Shown here: positions 52,658-64,000 of the stretch, one piece after another
Layout: every line of letters begins with the position of its first letter
Position numbering within the stretch: position 1 is the stretch's first letter
Origin: Malacoraja senta
Taxonomy: Eukaryota
Reading direction: 5' to 3'
Assembly: GCA_038087875.1 (NCBI GenBank)
Contig: CM075993.1
Coordinates: forward strand, 9,178,001 to 9,242,000
DNA: 64,000 bases
The notes under the pieces: generated by a model
What the model was told of the DNA's origin: nothing
The model's input: only the letters and a program-made list of their open reading frames with translations
Databases searched by the model: none
Translations under genes and position numbers: made by a program

Positions 52658-54253
52658 CTAAAAACAAATGAAAATAATTATTGATACTAGCCGTCCACAA
52701 AAATGATTTAATATCAGAAGCAATTAACCTGCAGAATATAACCAAACATTATAACTGTTGCATGTATTTTCTCTACATTAAATATTTAAGGAAAAACTAA
52801 TTGTATTTCACAATAACTCATAGAGTTAATTTTTTCCCCTAGACAGGAAGCTGTTCAGACAACAGACTAGAATGACAAAATCTACGCCAGCTATTTTACT
52901 AATGGTCTAGTAACTAAGTTCTACCACTCTCGCTGTTTGTGCCAGGAAGTTCACAAGAGCAGTTCTGAACAAATTCAGTGCTTTGTCCCTCACCACAGCT
53001 GGCTGCCATATGGATGTTGCTTAATGATGACATGGAACTTTGCCTCAGACTCAGAAATTGAGCTCCACTTCCTATAGTCATCATACTAGAGCACCAGTAC
53101 ACTGAAGCATTGTACTATAATTCTCCTTTCCCAATTATTCCCTGCACCTTCTTGTAACTTTGTAAATGTTCAGCTAAACATTTGCCAATATAGTTATGAT
53201 ATATTAAAGTTGTATTCATCGACTCACAGGGGAAGTCTCGTACAGGAAAGGAATGGCAACATTTGAAGCCATGTAATATGTTGGAATCAGTTGCGCCTGA
53301 CTGTATTTGGCAGAAAAGTTAAATTTTTATTGGCTGATGGGCGTACTTTTTTCTTAACGTGGACGACAGAGAATCCTTACTGCTAGGAACAGCAATTAAA
53401 TTCGCACAAGGTTTTAGATTTGTATTTCTGTCATCTGCTCTTTATAATTCCTCCTTACATAAAACATGGGATTTCAATGTACTAAATGTAAGTAATTCAA
53501 AGAAAGAGGGCACGCTAACTTTAAGGAACCTAAACACTGGCCTGAAATTGATTTCTGAACTTCACTAGCCAACTTGTGGGTATTGTTTTGGCTTCCAGTT
53601 AAAGCACATCAAAAAAGGGCGAATGTCTTTTTGTTTGCTTCACTGGCAGTGATGGAGGGCTGGAGTGGTGGCTGATGAAAATAAGTTTCCACGCTTTTGT
53701 TTTCGGTAAATAGTCATCACTAAAATTACATTTTTGCAACATAAATGTGTAAAGTCGAGAGATTGCAGCATTTAAGACACTACTGTACAATTCTACAATA
53801 GGGCAGTAGCAATTTTGATTCAATTAGTATGACAATAGTATTTACGATACAACTTTATTCATCCCAGGAGGGAAATTGATCTGCCAGCAGTCAGAAACAC
53901 AAAATATATGAAACTTTAAATTAAAGTGATGAGTGGAAAGGATTGGGGATGTGCAAAGATTGGGGAGGGGTGGGGGGAGACCCCATGACAGAAGGGGGAG
54001 GAGTTGTAGTTTGATTTCCACCAAGATGCAGGATCACCTGTGGCATTCTGTCCTACATCTTGGTGGATCCAGTCTGTTGCTGAAGGTACCTCTATTGTCA
54101 ATCTTCCAGTTATCATACTGTTTAAATAATTTACGAGACATCAGTTTATTCTCGAACTGATATAATCAATAAGGCTTGAGGGACTGGATAGGTAGGAATG
54201 TGGAAGCTGTAATTATAAGAATGCTGTTGACCCAGGTAATCTACCTTCATTCA

Positions 54254-57200
54254 TATGTACAAAAGGGACGGATTGCATCTTAACAGGTGTGGGACCAGCA
54301 TTCTGGCAGGCAGGTTTGCCACTGCTACACGGATGGTTTTAAACTGAATAAGGGGGGTGGGGTTTCGAATGGGATAGTGGAGGATGGAGTTAAAGGGAAA
54401 GGGTTTCTTAAATGTGTGAGCGTAGAGACAGAGGAGTGTAAAATGAGGGTAGAAGCAATAGGTAGCAAGGTGAAAAGTAAAAGTGGAAGACAGACAAAAC
54501 CAGGGCAAAAATCAAAAAGGGCCACTTTTCAACATAATTGTATAAGGGGTAAGAATGTTGTAAAAACAAGCCTGAAGGCTTTGTGTCTCAATGCAAGGAG
54601 CATTCGTAATAAGGTGGATGAGTTGAATGTGCAGATAGCTATTAATGACTATGATATAGTTGGGATCACGGAGACATGGCTCCAGGGTGACCAAGGCTGG
54701 GAGCTGAACATCCAGGGATATTCAATATTCAGGAGGGATAGAGAGAAAGGAAAAGGAGGTGGGGTAGCGTTGCTGGTTAGAGAGGAGATTAACGCAGTGG
54801 AAAGGAAAGACATTAGCTTGGAGGATGTGGAATCGGTATGGGTAGAGCTGCGAAACACTAAGGGGCAGAAAACGCTGGTGGGTGTTGTGTACAGGCCACC
54901 TAGCAGTAGTAGTGAAGTTGGGGATGGCATCAAACAGGAAATTAGAAATGCGTGCGACAAAGGCAAAACTGTTATAATGGGTGACTTCAATCTACATATA
55001 GATTGGGTGAATCAAATTGGCAGCGGTGCTGAGGAAGAGGATTTCTTGGAATGTATGCGGGATAGTTATCTAAATCAACATGTAGAGGAACCAACGAGAG
55101 AGCAGGCTATTTTAGACTGGGTATTGAGTAATGAGGAAGGGTTAGTTAGCAGTCTTGTTGTACGTGCCCCCTTGGGCAAGAGTGACCATAATATGGTTGA
55201 GTTCTTCATTAGGATGGAGAGTGACATTGTTAATTCAGAAACAATGGTTCTGAACTTAAAGAAAGGTAACTTTGAGGGTATGAGACATGAATTGGCCATG
55301 ATTGACTGGCAATTAATTCTAAAAGGGTTGACGGTGGACATGCAATGGAAGACATTTAAAGACTGCATGGATGAACTACAAAAATTGTTCATCCCAGTTT
55401 GGCAAAAGAATAAATCAGGGAAGGTAGTGCATCCATGGATAACAAGGGAAATCAGGGATGGTATCAAAGCGAAAGATGATGCGTACAAATTAGCCAGAAA
55501 AAGCAGCATACCAGAGGACTGGGAGAAATTCAGAGACCAGCAGAGGAGGACAAAGGGCTTAATTAGGAAAGGAAAAATAGATTATGAAAGAAAACTGGCA
55601 GGGAACATAAAAACTGACTGCAAAAGTTTTTATAAATATGTAAAAAGAAAGAGATTAGTTAAAACAAATGTAGGTCCCTTGCAGTCAGAAACAGGTGAGT
55701 TGATCATGGGGAACAAGGATATGGCGGACCAATTGAATAACTACTTTGGTTCCGTCTTCACTAAGGAAGACATAAATAATCTGCCGGAAATAGCAGGGGA
55801 CCGCGGGTCAAAGGAGTTGGAGGAATTGAGTGAAATCCAGGTTAGTCGGGAAGTGGTGTTGGGTAAATTGAATGGATTAAAGGCCGATAAATCCCCAGGG
55901 CCAGATAGGCTGCATCCCAGAGTACTTAAGGAAGTAGCTCCAGAAATAGTGGATGCATTAGTAATAATCTTTCAAAATTCTTTAGATTCTGGAGTAGTTC
56001 CTGAGGATTGGCGGGTAGCAAACGTAACCCCACTTTTTAAGAAGGGAGGGAGAGAGAAAACGGGGAATTACAGACCAGTTAGTCTAACATCGGTAGTGGG
56101 GAAACTGCTAGAGTCGGTTATTAAAGATGGGATAGCAGCACATTTGGAAAGTGGTGAAATCATTGGACAAAGTCAGCATGGATTTACGAAAGGTAAATCA
56201 TGTCTGACGAATCTTATAGAATTTTTCGAGGATGTAACTAGTAGCGTGGATAGGGGAGAACCAGTGGATGTGGTGTATCTGGACTTCCAGAAGGCTTTCG
56301 ACAAGGTCCCACATAAGAGATTAGTATACAAACTTAAAGCACATGGCATTGGGGGTTCAGTATTGATGTGGATAGAGAACTGGCTGGCAAACAGGAAGCA
56401 AAGAGTAGGAGTAAACGGGTCCTTTTCACAATGGCAGGCAGTGACTAGTGGGGTACCGCAAGGCTCAGTGCTGGGACCCCAGCTATTTACAATATATATT
56501 AATGACCTGGATGAGGGAATTGAAGGCAATATCTCCAAGTTTGCGGATGACACTAAGCTGGGGGGCAGTGTTAGCTGTGAGGAGGATGCTAGGAGACTGC
56601 AAGGTGACTTGGATAGGCTGGGTGAGTGGGCAAATGTTTGGCAGATGCAGTATAATGTGGATAAATGTGAGGTTATCCATTTTGGTGGCAAAAACAGGAA
56701 AGCAGACTATTTTCTAAATGGTGGCCGACTAGGAAAAGGGGAGATGCAGCGAGACCTGGGTGTCATGGTACACCAGTCATTGAAAGTAGGCATGCAGGTG
56801 CAGCAGGCAGTGAAGAAAGCAAATGGTATGTTAGCTTTCATAGCAAAAGGATTTGAGTATAGGAGCAGGGAGGTTCTACTGCAGTTGTACAGGGTCTTGG
56901 TGAGACCACACCTGGAGTATTGCGTACAGTTTTGGTCTCCAAATCTGAGGAAGGACATTATTGCCATAGAGGGAGTGCAGAGAAGGTTCACCAGACTGAT
57001 TCCTGGGATGTCAGGACTGTCTTATGAAGAAAGACTGGATAGACTTGGTTTATACTCACTAGAATTTAGGAGATTGAGAGGGGATCTTATAGAAACTTAC
57101 AAAATTCTTAAGGGGTTGGACAGGCTAGATGCAGGAAGATTGCTCCCGATGTTGGGGAAGTCCAGGACAAGGGGTCACAGCTTAAGGATAAGGGGGAAAT

Positions 57201-57476
57201 CCTTTAAAACCGAGATGAGAAGAACTTTTTTCACACAGAGAGTGGTGAATCTCTGGAACTCTCTGCCACAGAGGGTAGTCGAGGCCAGTTCATTGGCTAT
57301 ATTTAAGAGGGAGCTAGATGTGGCCCTTGTGGCTAAAGGGATCAGAGGGTATGGAGAGAAGGCAGGTACGGGATACTGAGTTGGATGATCAGCCATGATC
57401 ATATTGAATGGCGGTGCAGGCTCGAAGGGCCGAATGGCCTACTCCTGCACCTAATTTCTATGTTTCTATGTTTCTA
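54254..57476 (+). mobile_element. CR1 LINE: ORF1 3' end, intact ORF2, 3' UTR and (TTTCTATG)n tail
   Basis: ORF1 remnant MYKRDGLHLN...VLN* (SGNH esterase-like DxxH) ending about 54347; ORF2 uninterrupted; octamer tail. Confidence 0.97.
54287..57379 (+). CDS. CR1 ORF2: APE endonuclease plus reverse transcriptase (true start codon uncertain)
   Basis: 1030 open codons; NARS, ITETW, GDFN and SDH endonuclease motifs; NYRPVSLTS, GVPQGSVLGP and FADD RT motifs. Confidence 0.97.
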   Translation: MWDQHSGRQVCHCYTDGFKLNKGGGVSNGIVEDGVKGKGFLKCVSVETEECKMRVEAIGSKVKSKSGRQTKPGQKSKRATFQHNCIRGKNVVKTSLKALCLNARSIRNKVDELNVQIAINDYDIVGITETWLQGDQGWELNIQGYSIFRRDREKGKGGGVALLVREEINAVERKDISLEDVESVWVELRNTKGQKTLVGVVYRPPSSSSEVGDGIKQEIRNACDKGKTVIMGDFNLHIDWVNQIGSGAEEEDFLECMRDSYLNQHVEEPTREQAILDWVLSNEEGLVSSLVVRAPLGKSDHNMVEFFIRMESDIVNSETMVLNLKKGNFEGMRHELAMIDWQLILKGLTVDMQWKTFKDCMDELQKLFIPVWQKNKSGKVVHPWITREIRDGIKAKDDAYKLARKSSIPEDWEKFRDQQRRTKGLIRKGKIDYERKLAGNIKTDCKSFYKYVKRKRLVKTNVGPLQSETGELIMGNKDMADQLNNYFGSVFTKEDINNLPEIAGDRGSKELEELSEIQVSREVVLGKLNGLKADKSPGPDRLHPRVLKEVAPEIVDALVIIFQNSLDSGVVPEDWRVANVTPLFKKGGREKTGNYRPVSLTSVVGKLLESVIKDGIAAHLESGEIIGQSQHGFTKGKSCLTNLIEFFEDVTSSVDRGEPVDVVYLDFQKAFDKVPHKRLVYKLKAHGIGGSVLMWIENWLANRKQRVGVNGSFSQWQAVTSGVPQGSVLGPQLFTIYINDLDEGIEGNISKFADDTKLGGSVSCEEDARRLQGDLDRLGEWANVWQMQYNVDKCEVIHFGGKNRKADYFLNGGRLGKGEMQRDLGVMVHQSLKVGMQVQQAVKKANGMLAFIAKGFEYRSREVLLQLYRVLVRPHLEYCVQFWSPNLRKDIIAIEGVQRRFTRLIPGMSGLSYEERLDRLGLYSLEFRRLRGDLIETYKILKGLDRLDAGRLLPMLGKSRTRGHSLRIRGKSFKTEMRRTFFTQRVVNLWNSLPQRVVEASSLAIFKRELDVALVAKGIRGYGEKAGTGY

Positions 57477-59348
57477 TATTCTCCATACACAACTAGAGAC
57501 TGACAAGCTGCGGCATTATGAAATGTTCACCTGAAGACGCAAGCCGGATGGATTTAAGAAAGCAGATGATATTTAGCTCCACAGATAACTAATATCAATT
57601 TATGTCAAAGGTTGACATTCAAATTTTGTGGTTTGCCTTGAAGTATATTTTTGCCAGAAGAAATGAAAATGACAATGTGGGGAGGGAGAGACAGAGAGGG
57701 GCATTATATGATCTCTTCCCTCTATTTACAATTGGGGTTATCGCTCCTATTATCTTGATCTAGTCCCATTTTTCACAGGCAATCCGACAGTAATGTGGTG
57801 GGGCACTAAAGTAGTGCAGGGTGCCACACACACAGAATATATACTGTATGTATGTAGAAGGCATGAAAAGCAATCAGTGGTGTTAGGTCAAAATTATCAG
57901 AGTTAGACTGGGAGGTAATCTTGCCAAATTGCATGACGAAACAATAAAATTCACCTCCCCAAATGAATAACTTTTGTATTCAATAATCTTTTTTAATATA
58001 AATTTGTAATTTATTGAATTTAGCTAATTTACCTATTAATGCTTTTCCTATTGAATCACCTCCATGAAATTCCACCAAGTCCTATCTTCAAATTGATTAT
58101 ACTTGATTCTCACTATCCACTGTATTTGCAATTCTCAGGTCTATGTACTCATGCAGTGGAGGATTTTTGTCAAGTATCTACATATGTACACACTATGGAA
58201 TCAATCATTGTCTGTACAAATACAGTGATCAGTTTCCACACAATTTGTGAAAAGGCGTTTCCTGCTTTTCACCATTCTCAGAGAGTAGTCTTTGTTTGCA
58301 TTGGTTCACAGTGATTTCAAAACTGTTCATTGCTTGTATTAATACCTTGAATTAAAGTAGTTTGTTAAGCTAATAAATATTTTACTTTGAAGTATTTCCT
58401 TTGATGTGTTTGATACATATTAATTTGTTATTTTAAAACATTACAGGGAATATTTCTATTTAGTTGAAAGTGCTGGGTGCAAAGGATACAGTAGTATACA
58501 CAAAGGATACAGGGTGCAAAGGATACAGATACAGTAGTATCTGTCGTGTTTTATTATCGATGGGAAGTTGTTCCTAACCCTTATGAATAATGAAAGCTTA
58601 ATATATGCATTAATCATTATAGGCTTTCAAACAAAACATTGATGGCTTCTATTAAATCACATCTTTATTCCAATACATAAATGCTGGGTTTTAAACCTTC
58701 AATCGTAACTATAAATGGATCTTAAATAAAAGAACAGAAAATGTTGGAAACATTCAGCAGGTCAGGCTGCTTCTATGGAAAGACAAATTGAATTACTGTT
58801 TCAGCTCAAAAGCCTTCATCAGAACCAAACATATTCATGCTGAATAGCCCTAACATATTTTATAACTGTTCTCAAAACAGCATATTGTTCTTTTATGGAG
58901 AAAAATGGGATGTTAATGTTTCAGGTAATTATAACTTTAAGGTGCGAGGAAGAAATTTAAAGGAAACATGGGGTGCAAAGTTTTCCACACAGAACTGTCA
59001 GAGGAGTATGTAAAGATGGATACAATTACATCATTGAAAGAGCATTGGGACAGGATACGGGCCTATTACAGTTAGCATGGAAGAGCTGGGCTAAAGGGTT
59101 ATTTTCTGTGCTGTACAGCTGTCATTATCCCCTTTAAAGACTTGCTCCTCACTGTAAACCCATGCCCACTAATTCTAGGTATCAATGCTTATGGGAAAAA
59201 GATTGCTACCTTATCCAGACCCCTCAAATTTGGATTCTTCTCTGGTCATGCCACAACTTCCTTCCCTCCAAGGAAAATAAACACAGCCCATCCATTTTCC
59301 CCTCATAATCAAAACATTCCATGCTAGGCAACATCCTGGTGAATCTTG

Positions 59349-59595
59349 GGCAGCACAGTGGCGCAGCGGTAGAGCTGCTGACTTACAGCGCCAGAGACAC
59401 TGGTTCGATCCCGACTGCAGGTGCTGTCTATATGGAATTTGTATGTTCTCCCTGTGACCATGTGTGTTTTCTCTGGGTGCTCCGGTTTCCTCCCACATTC
59501 CAAAGACATGCAGGTTTGTAGGTTAATTGCCGTCTGTAAATTGTCCCCATTGTGTAGGATGGAACTAGTGTATGGATGATCATCGATCGGCGTAA
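59349..59595 (+). mobile_element. tRNA-derived SINE
   Basis: A box (gtggcgcagcgg), B box (ggttcgatccc) and the same core. Confidence 0.85.
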
Positions 59596-60157
59596 ACTAA
59601 CATCTCCTCTACACCATTCCAGCGCATCCATCACCTTCCTACAATGTGGTGAACATTCCCTGAATTGCCCCCAATAATTGTCTATCTTTCCTGAAACAGT
59701 TTGACCTCAATTCCTAACCACTTACTCAACTGTCCTTTCAATTTCTTTCACTCACAATCCGTGCCTATGACATGCCATAATGTACTTTCACAACTACCTT
59801 TTAATAGAGTGATGTCAACCCAGTGACAAACTCTTATATAGTATGTAATACTTTAATGAACATACGCAAGATTCTATAACTTCCAAAATCTGGTGGATAA
59901 AAAATATTTTTTACTATCACACAAAATCAAACTCTACTCCTTTTCAAAGGATTTCTTGGAAAAGAAAAATCTTTTAATATTTGCATGTTCAGTTTTGTAG
60001 TTGGTTCTGATAATGGATTTATAACTGAAACCTCAACCGCCTTTAGATGGCACCCAATCCAGTGTTTGTTTCGACCAGGGAGTTTTTAAACTTGCATTTC
60101 AGATTTCCAGAATTTGCAGTTTATTACTTTTGTTTTATTGTGGCTGTATTGCCCTAC

Positions 60158-60240
60158 CTTGAATCTGAAGTATACGAGAGATATCAAGTCCTTGGCTAAT
60201 CCTCAGAATTATCAAACCATACTCAAAATCAAAGGCATCA
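60158..60240 (-). CDS. SLC12A1: SLC12A1/NKCC2 internal exon ([27 protein letters not shown])
   Basis: 83-nt exon, gcag| and |GTAGGG; matches the cation-chloride cotransporter C-terminal domain. Upstream exons were not found in the window. Confidence 0.93.
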
Positions 60241-61584
60241 CTGCAACAAAAGTAGTACATTTCAAAATGGTAAATGTATTCTCATATTTAGCTCCTTTGC
60301 TGAAAATAAGCAAGTTAAAAATATTTATAAACATGTCAAACAGTTTCATGTTAGGTGTTCATGCCAATGGTGTGAATGCTGTTAAGATTTTCCATTTACT
60401 CGTTTATTAAAATGAAAGGATAGAAAATTCTGCAGGACTTGACTAGCCTCAGTGTCAGGATTTCGCAAAGCCTCATGCTGTGAATGCAAACTGTCTAAAT
60501 AAAATAGTGTATTTAAGTTTCTCGATTAAAATAACAAGAACAGTTAGAATAAACATGTTAAACATGGTTTGGCATTATAGAATAAACACATTCAACACTA
60601 TTCGGTCACATAAATATTTCTACCATCCACAATAAAACCCGAAAAAAACGATCAAAAAATGCAGTTCTAACAGAATTCTCTATCCAAAGTACTAAAGCTA
60701 ATAGTCACTTTGTAGTCAAACTTACTCTTGAACAAAAGAAAATTAGAGAAACCAGTAACATATTTGTTGTATTGGTCATTAAGATAAGACTGATCTTCAT
60801 TTTTCTTGACATACAGCATGGATACAGGCTGTTCAGCCACCGAGTCGATCACCCACAGACTAGCTCTGCTGTCCCACTTTCTCATCCACTCCCTCCACAT
60901 TAGGGGCAATTCTTTTTGTTGCAGAGGTCAATTAACCTATAAACCTGACCATCTTGGATGGGGAGGAAACTGGAGCACCCGAAGGGAACCCACAGTCACA
61001 GGGAGAACATGTAAACTCCACAGCACCAGAGGTCAGGATCAAACTTGGATTTCTGGCACTGAGATACTGTACCAGCTCCACCCTCATTCTGAGAGCACAT
61101 TATAAATTCTTACATGGTGAGAAAAGTGCAAATGCCTAGATTTTAATCACTGTTGTGTTCAACCTCATCACAAAGTGCCATTTATTTGTTAATTAGAAGT
61201 GGTCATTGATTTTATGATCATATTAGCTAAATTGTTTTACTAAGAGCAAGCATTTTGTTTCATCTATACATGTAGGATGAAGATATCTAATTTTACCTGC
61301 TGGATAATTACTGTTGTATCAATGACACAGCTGATCCCATTATTCTCAGGCTTACACCTTGTACATACAGTAACATTGAAAAAATATAATGTCTGGGAGA
61401 GTAGTAGATATTCCCCACCAGAACTAATTCTTGTCGCAGTTACATTGAAAAGGTGTTTTATTTAAGTAATCTGGCACAAAGATCCATGCAGTGTATACAA
61501 AGTTATAACATTGAATACAGCCAGGTATTTTATTTAAATCAAATTCAAGTCAGGGAAACTAGAAATAGAGAGTTCATAATACTA

Positions 61585-64000
61585 ATGACCATAATATGAT
61601 AAGTTTTAATTTGCAATTTGAGATGGAGAAGGTTAAATCAGAAGTGTCAGTGTTGCAGTTGAACAAAGGGGACTATGAAGGCATGCGAGAGGAGCTGGCC
61701 AAGGTCGACTGGAAAACGACCCTAGCAGAAATGATGGCAGAACAGCAATGGCAGGAATTTCTGGGCATAATCCAGAAGATGCAGGATCATTTCATTCCAA
61801 AGAGGAAAAAAAAAGATTCTAGGGGGAGTAAGAGGCAACCGTGGCTGACAAGGGAAGTTAGGGATGGAATAAAACTAAAAGAAAAGGTGTATAACATAGC
61901 AAAGAGTAGCAGGAAGCCAGAGGATTGGGAAACTTATCTGGTGCGGCGGCGCCTAACGGCAGCGGCTTGACTGCAATCCGTCTGTCTTTTTTTTTTTAAT
62001 GTTGTCTCGTTAAATGTGTTGATTCTAATTTTTATTATTTTTTTGCTGTGTATATGTGGGGGGTGGGGGAAACTGTTTAATATCTTCCCTGTACGGGGGA
62101 CCCGACTTTTTCCCTGTCGGGTCTCCGATGTCGTTGGGCCTAACATAGTGGAGCCGGCGGCGGCCTCCGGCCGGAACTAACCTGAGGGCTCCAGTCGCAG
62201 AGCCTGCGGACTCGCCATTGCGGAGCTGGCCGATTTCGGAACGGGAAGAGCTGTGGTAGCGCGCGGCTGTGACCCGACTTCGGAGCTTCGGAGGCTCCGG
62301 CCGCAGGCCCGGTGAACAGGAACATCGGGAGCTCGCAGGTCCCTGGTGGGAGACCGCTTTTCGGAGCTCCCGCAACAGCAACTTCTCCCGCTGGAATCGC
62401 GGGGTTTAAATGACTCGAAGCGGGGCCTAACATCGCCCGGCGCGGCTTAAACGGCCGCGGGACTTACCATCGCCCGCCGGGGGCTTTAACATCGGGAGCC
62501 CGTCGCCTCGACGTTGCAGTTGGACCGCGGGAGAAGAACAAAGGGAAGAGAAGACTTTTTGCCTTCCATCACAATGAGGAGGTGTTGGAGATTCACTGTG
62601 ATGGATGTTTGTGTAAATTGTGTTAAGTGTGGGTCTTGTTTTTTTTTGTAATGTTAAGACTGTAGAAATGCAATTTCGTTCAAACCAAGCTGTTTGAATG
62701 ACAATAAAAGGCACTCTATTCTACTTTCAAAGGACAACAGAAGGTAACAAAAAGGGCAATATGGGGTGAAAAGATGAAGTGCGAGGGTAAGCTGGCAAAG
62801 AATATAAAGAAGGATAGTAAAAGCTTCTTTAGGTATGTTAAGAGAAAAAGATTAGTAAAGACAAATGTGGGTTCCTTGAAGGAAGAAATAGGTGAAATTA
62901 TTATGGCAAGGAAATGGCAGAAGAGTTGAACAGGTACTTTGGTTCTGTCTTCACTAAGGAAGACACAAACAATCTCCCAGATGTAATAGAGGACAGAGGA
63001 ACTGAAATAAATTTTCATTAGGCGAGAAATAGTATTGGGTAGACTGATGGAACTGAAGGCTGATAAATCTCCAGGGCCTGATGGTCTGCATCCCAGGGTA
63101 CTCAAGGAGGTGCTCTAGAAATCGTGGAAGCATTGGTGATTATTTTCCAATGTTGTATAGAGTCAGGATCAGTTCCTGTGGATTGGAGGGCAGCTAATGT
63201 CATCCCACTTTTCAAGAAAGGAGCGAGAGAGAAAACAGGGAATTATAGACCAGTTAGCCTGACAACAGTGGTGGGGAAGATGCTGGAATCAATTATTAAA
63301 GAAGTAATAATGGCACATTTAGATAGCAGTAAAAGGATTGGTCCAGGTCAGCATGGATTTATGAAGGGGAAATCATGCTTGATTAATCTTGTGGAATTTT
63401 TGAGGATGTAACAAGTAGAGTGGAAAAGTGAGAGCCAGTGGATGTAGAGTATTTGGACTTTCAGAAAGCCTTTGATCAGGTCCCACACAGATTAGTGAGC
63501 AAAATTAGAGCACTTGGTATTGGGGACAGGGTATTGACATGGATAGAGAATTGGTTGGCAGACAAGAAACAAAGAGTAGGAATAAACGGGTCCCTGTCAG
63601 AATGGCAGGCAGTGGCGAGTGGAGTACCGCAAGGCTCGGTGCTGGGGCTATTTACAATATATATATATATTAATGATTTAGATGATGGGATTAAAAGTAA
63701 CACTAGCAAATTTGCAGATGACACAACACTGGGTGGCAGTGTGAACTGCGAAGGGGATGCTATGATGTTGCAGGTGACTTGGACAGGTTGAGTAAGTGGG
63801 CAGATGCAGTATAATGTAGATAAATGTGAGGTTATCCACTTTGGTGGTAAGAACAAGGAGGCAGATTATTATCTCAATGGTGTCAGATTAGGAAAAAGGG
63901 AAGTGCAACGAGACATGGGTGTCCTGCTACACCAGTCACTGAAACTAAACATGCAGGTACAGCAGGCAGTGAAGAATGCTAATGGCATGTTGGCCTTCAT
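61585..64000 (+). mobile_element. Degenerate CR1 ORF2 fragment, interrupted at 61936-62722, continuing past the window end
   Basis: Frameshifted segments homologous to the 54287 ORF (PWLTRE, NYRPVSLT, FADD). Confidence 0.93.
61936..62722 (+). mobile_element. GC-rich non-autonomous retroelement, uninterrupted copy inserted in CR1
   Basis: Removing it restores CR1 codons ...EDWET-FKGQQ...; possible ACTT duplication; 3' AATTTCGTT...ATGACAATAAA end. Confidence 0.8.

Noticed and set aside
54325..57402. Several minus-strand ORFs of 60-172 aa
   Set aside because: Antisense shadows of CR1 ORF2.
54240..57490. TSD for the intact CR1
   Set aside because: No convincing direct repeat at the two ends; only 3-4-nt matches that could be chance.

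Overview
Eukaryotic genomic DNA from a vertebrate, most likely a cartilaginous fish (skate/ray/shark; inferred from the CR1, Penelope and tRNA-SINE repeat mix). Two host genes lie on the minus strand in the conserved SLC12A1-DUT order. SLC12A1 (NKCC2) contributes its last 8 coding exons (60240 to 33131). DUT (dUTPase) is complete (24984 to 7078), with an upstream alternative first exon (29226-29118) that encodes a mitochondrial-type presequence and splices in frame onto the nuclear ATG. The introns are dense with mobile DNA. The most unusual object is a 4-kb element in an SLC12A1 intron (44051-48039) with terminal inverted repeats (TIRs) and a TTA target-site duplication (TSD), typical of PIF/Harbinger. 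It has no recognisable transposase but carries a ~2.1-kb, nearly intact copy of the central Thr/Pro-rich region of IGSF10, i.e. a Pack-type gene-capture element. DUT intron 1 holds a divergent hAT-type transposon with a 7-bp TSD (hATw-like) at the centre of a multilayer nest resolvable by TSDs. Also present: a CR1 with intact ORF2, a P-like MITE just upstream of the mitochondrial DUT exon, a solo LTR, a palindromic Penelope-derived element with a hammerhead-like core, and three copies of an unclassified GC-rich non-autonomous retroelement. Protein family assignments come from recalled motifs; no database search was run.
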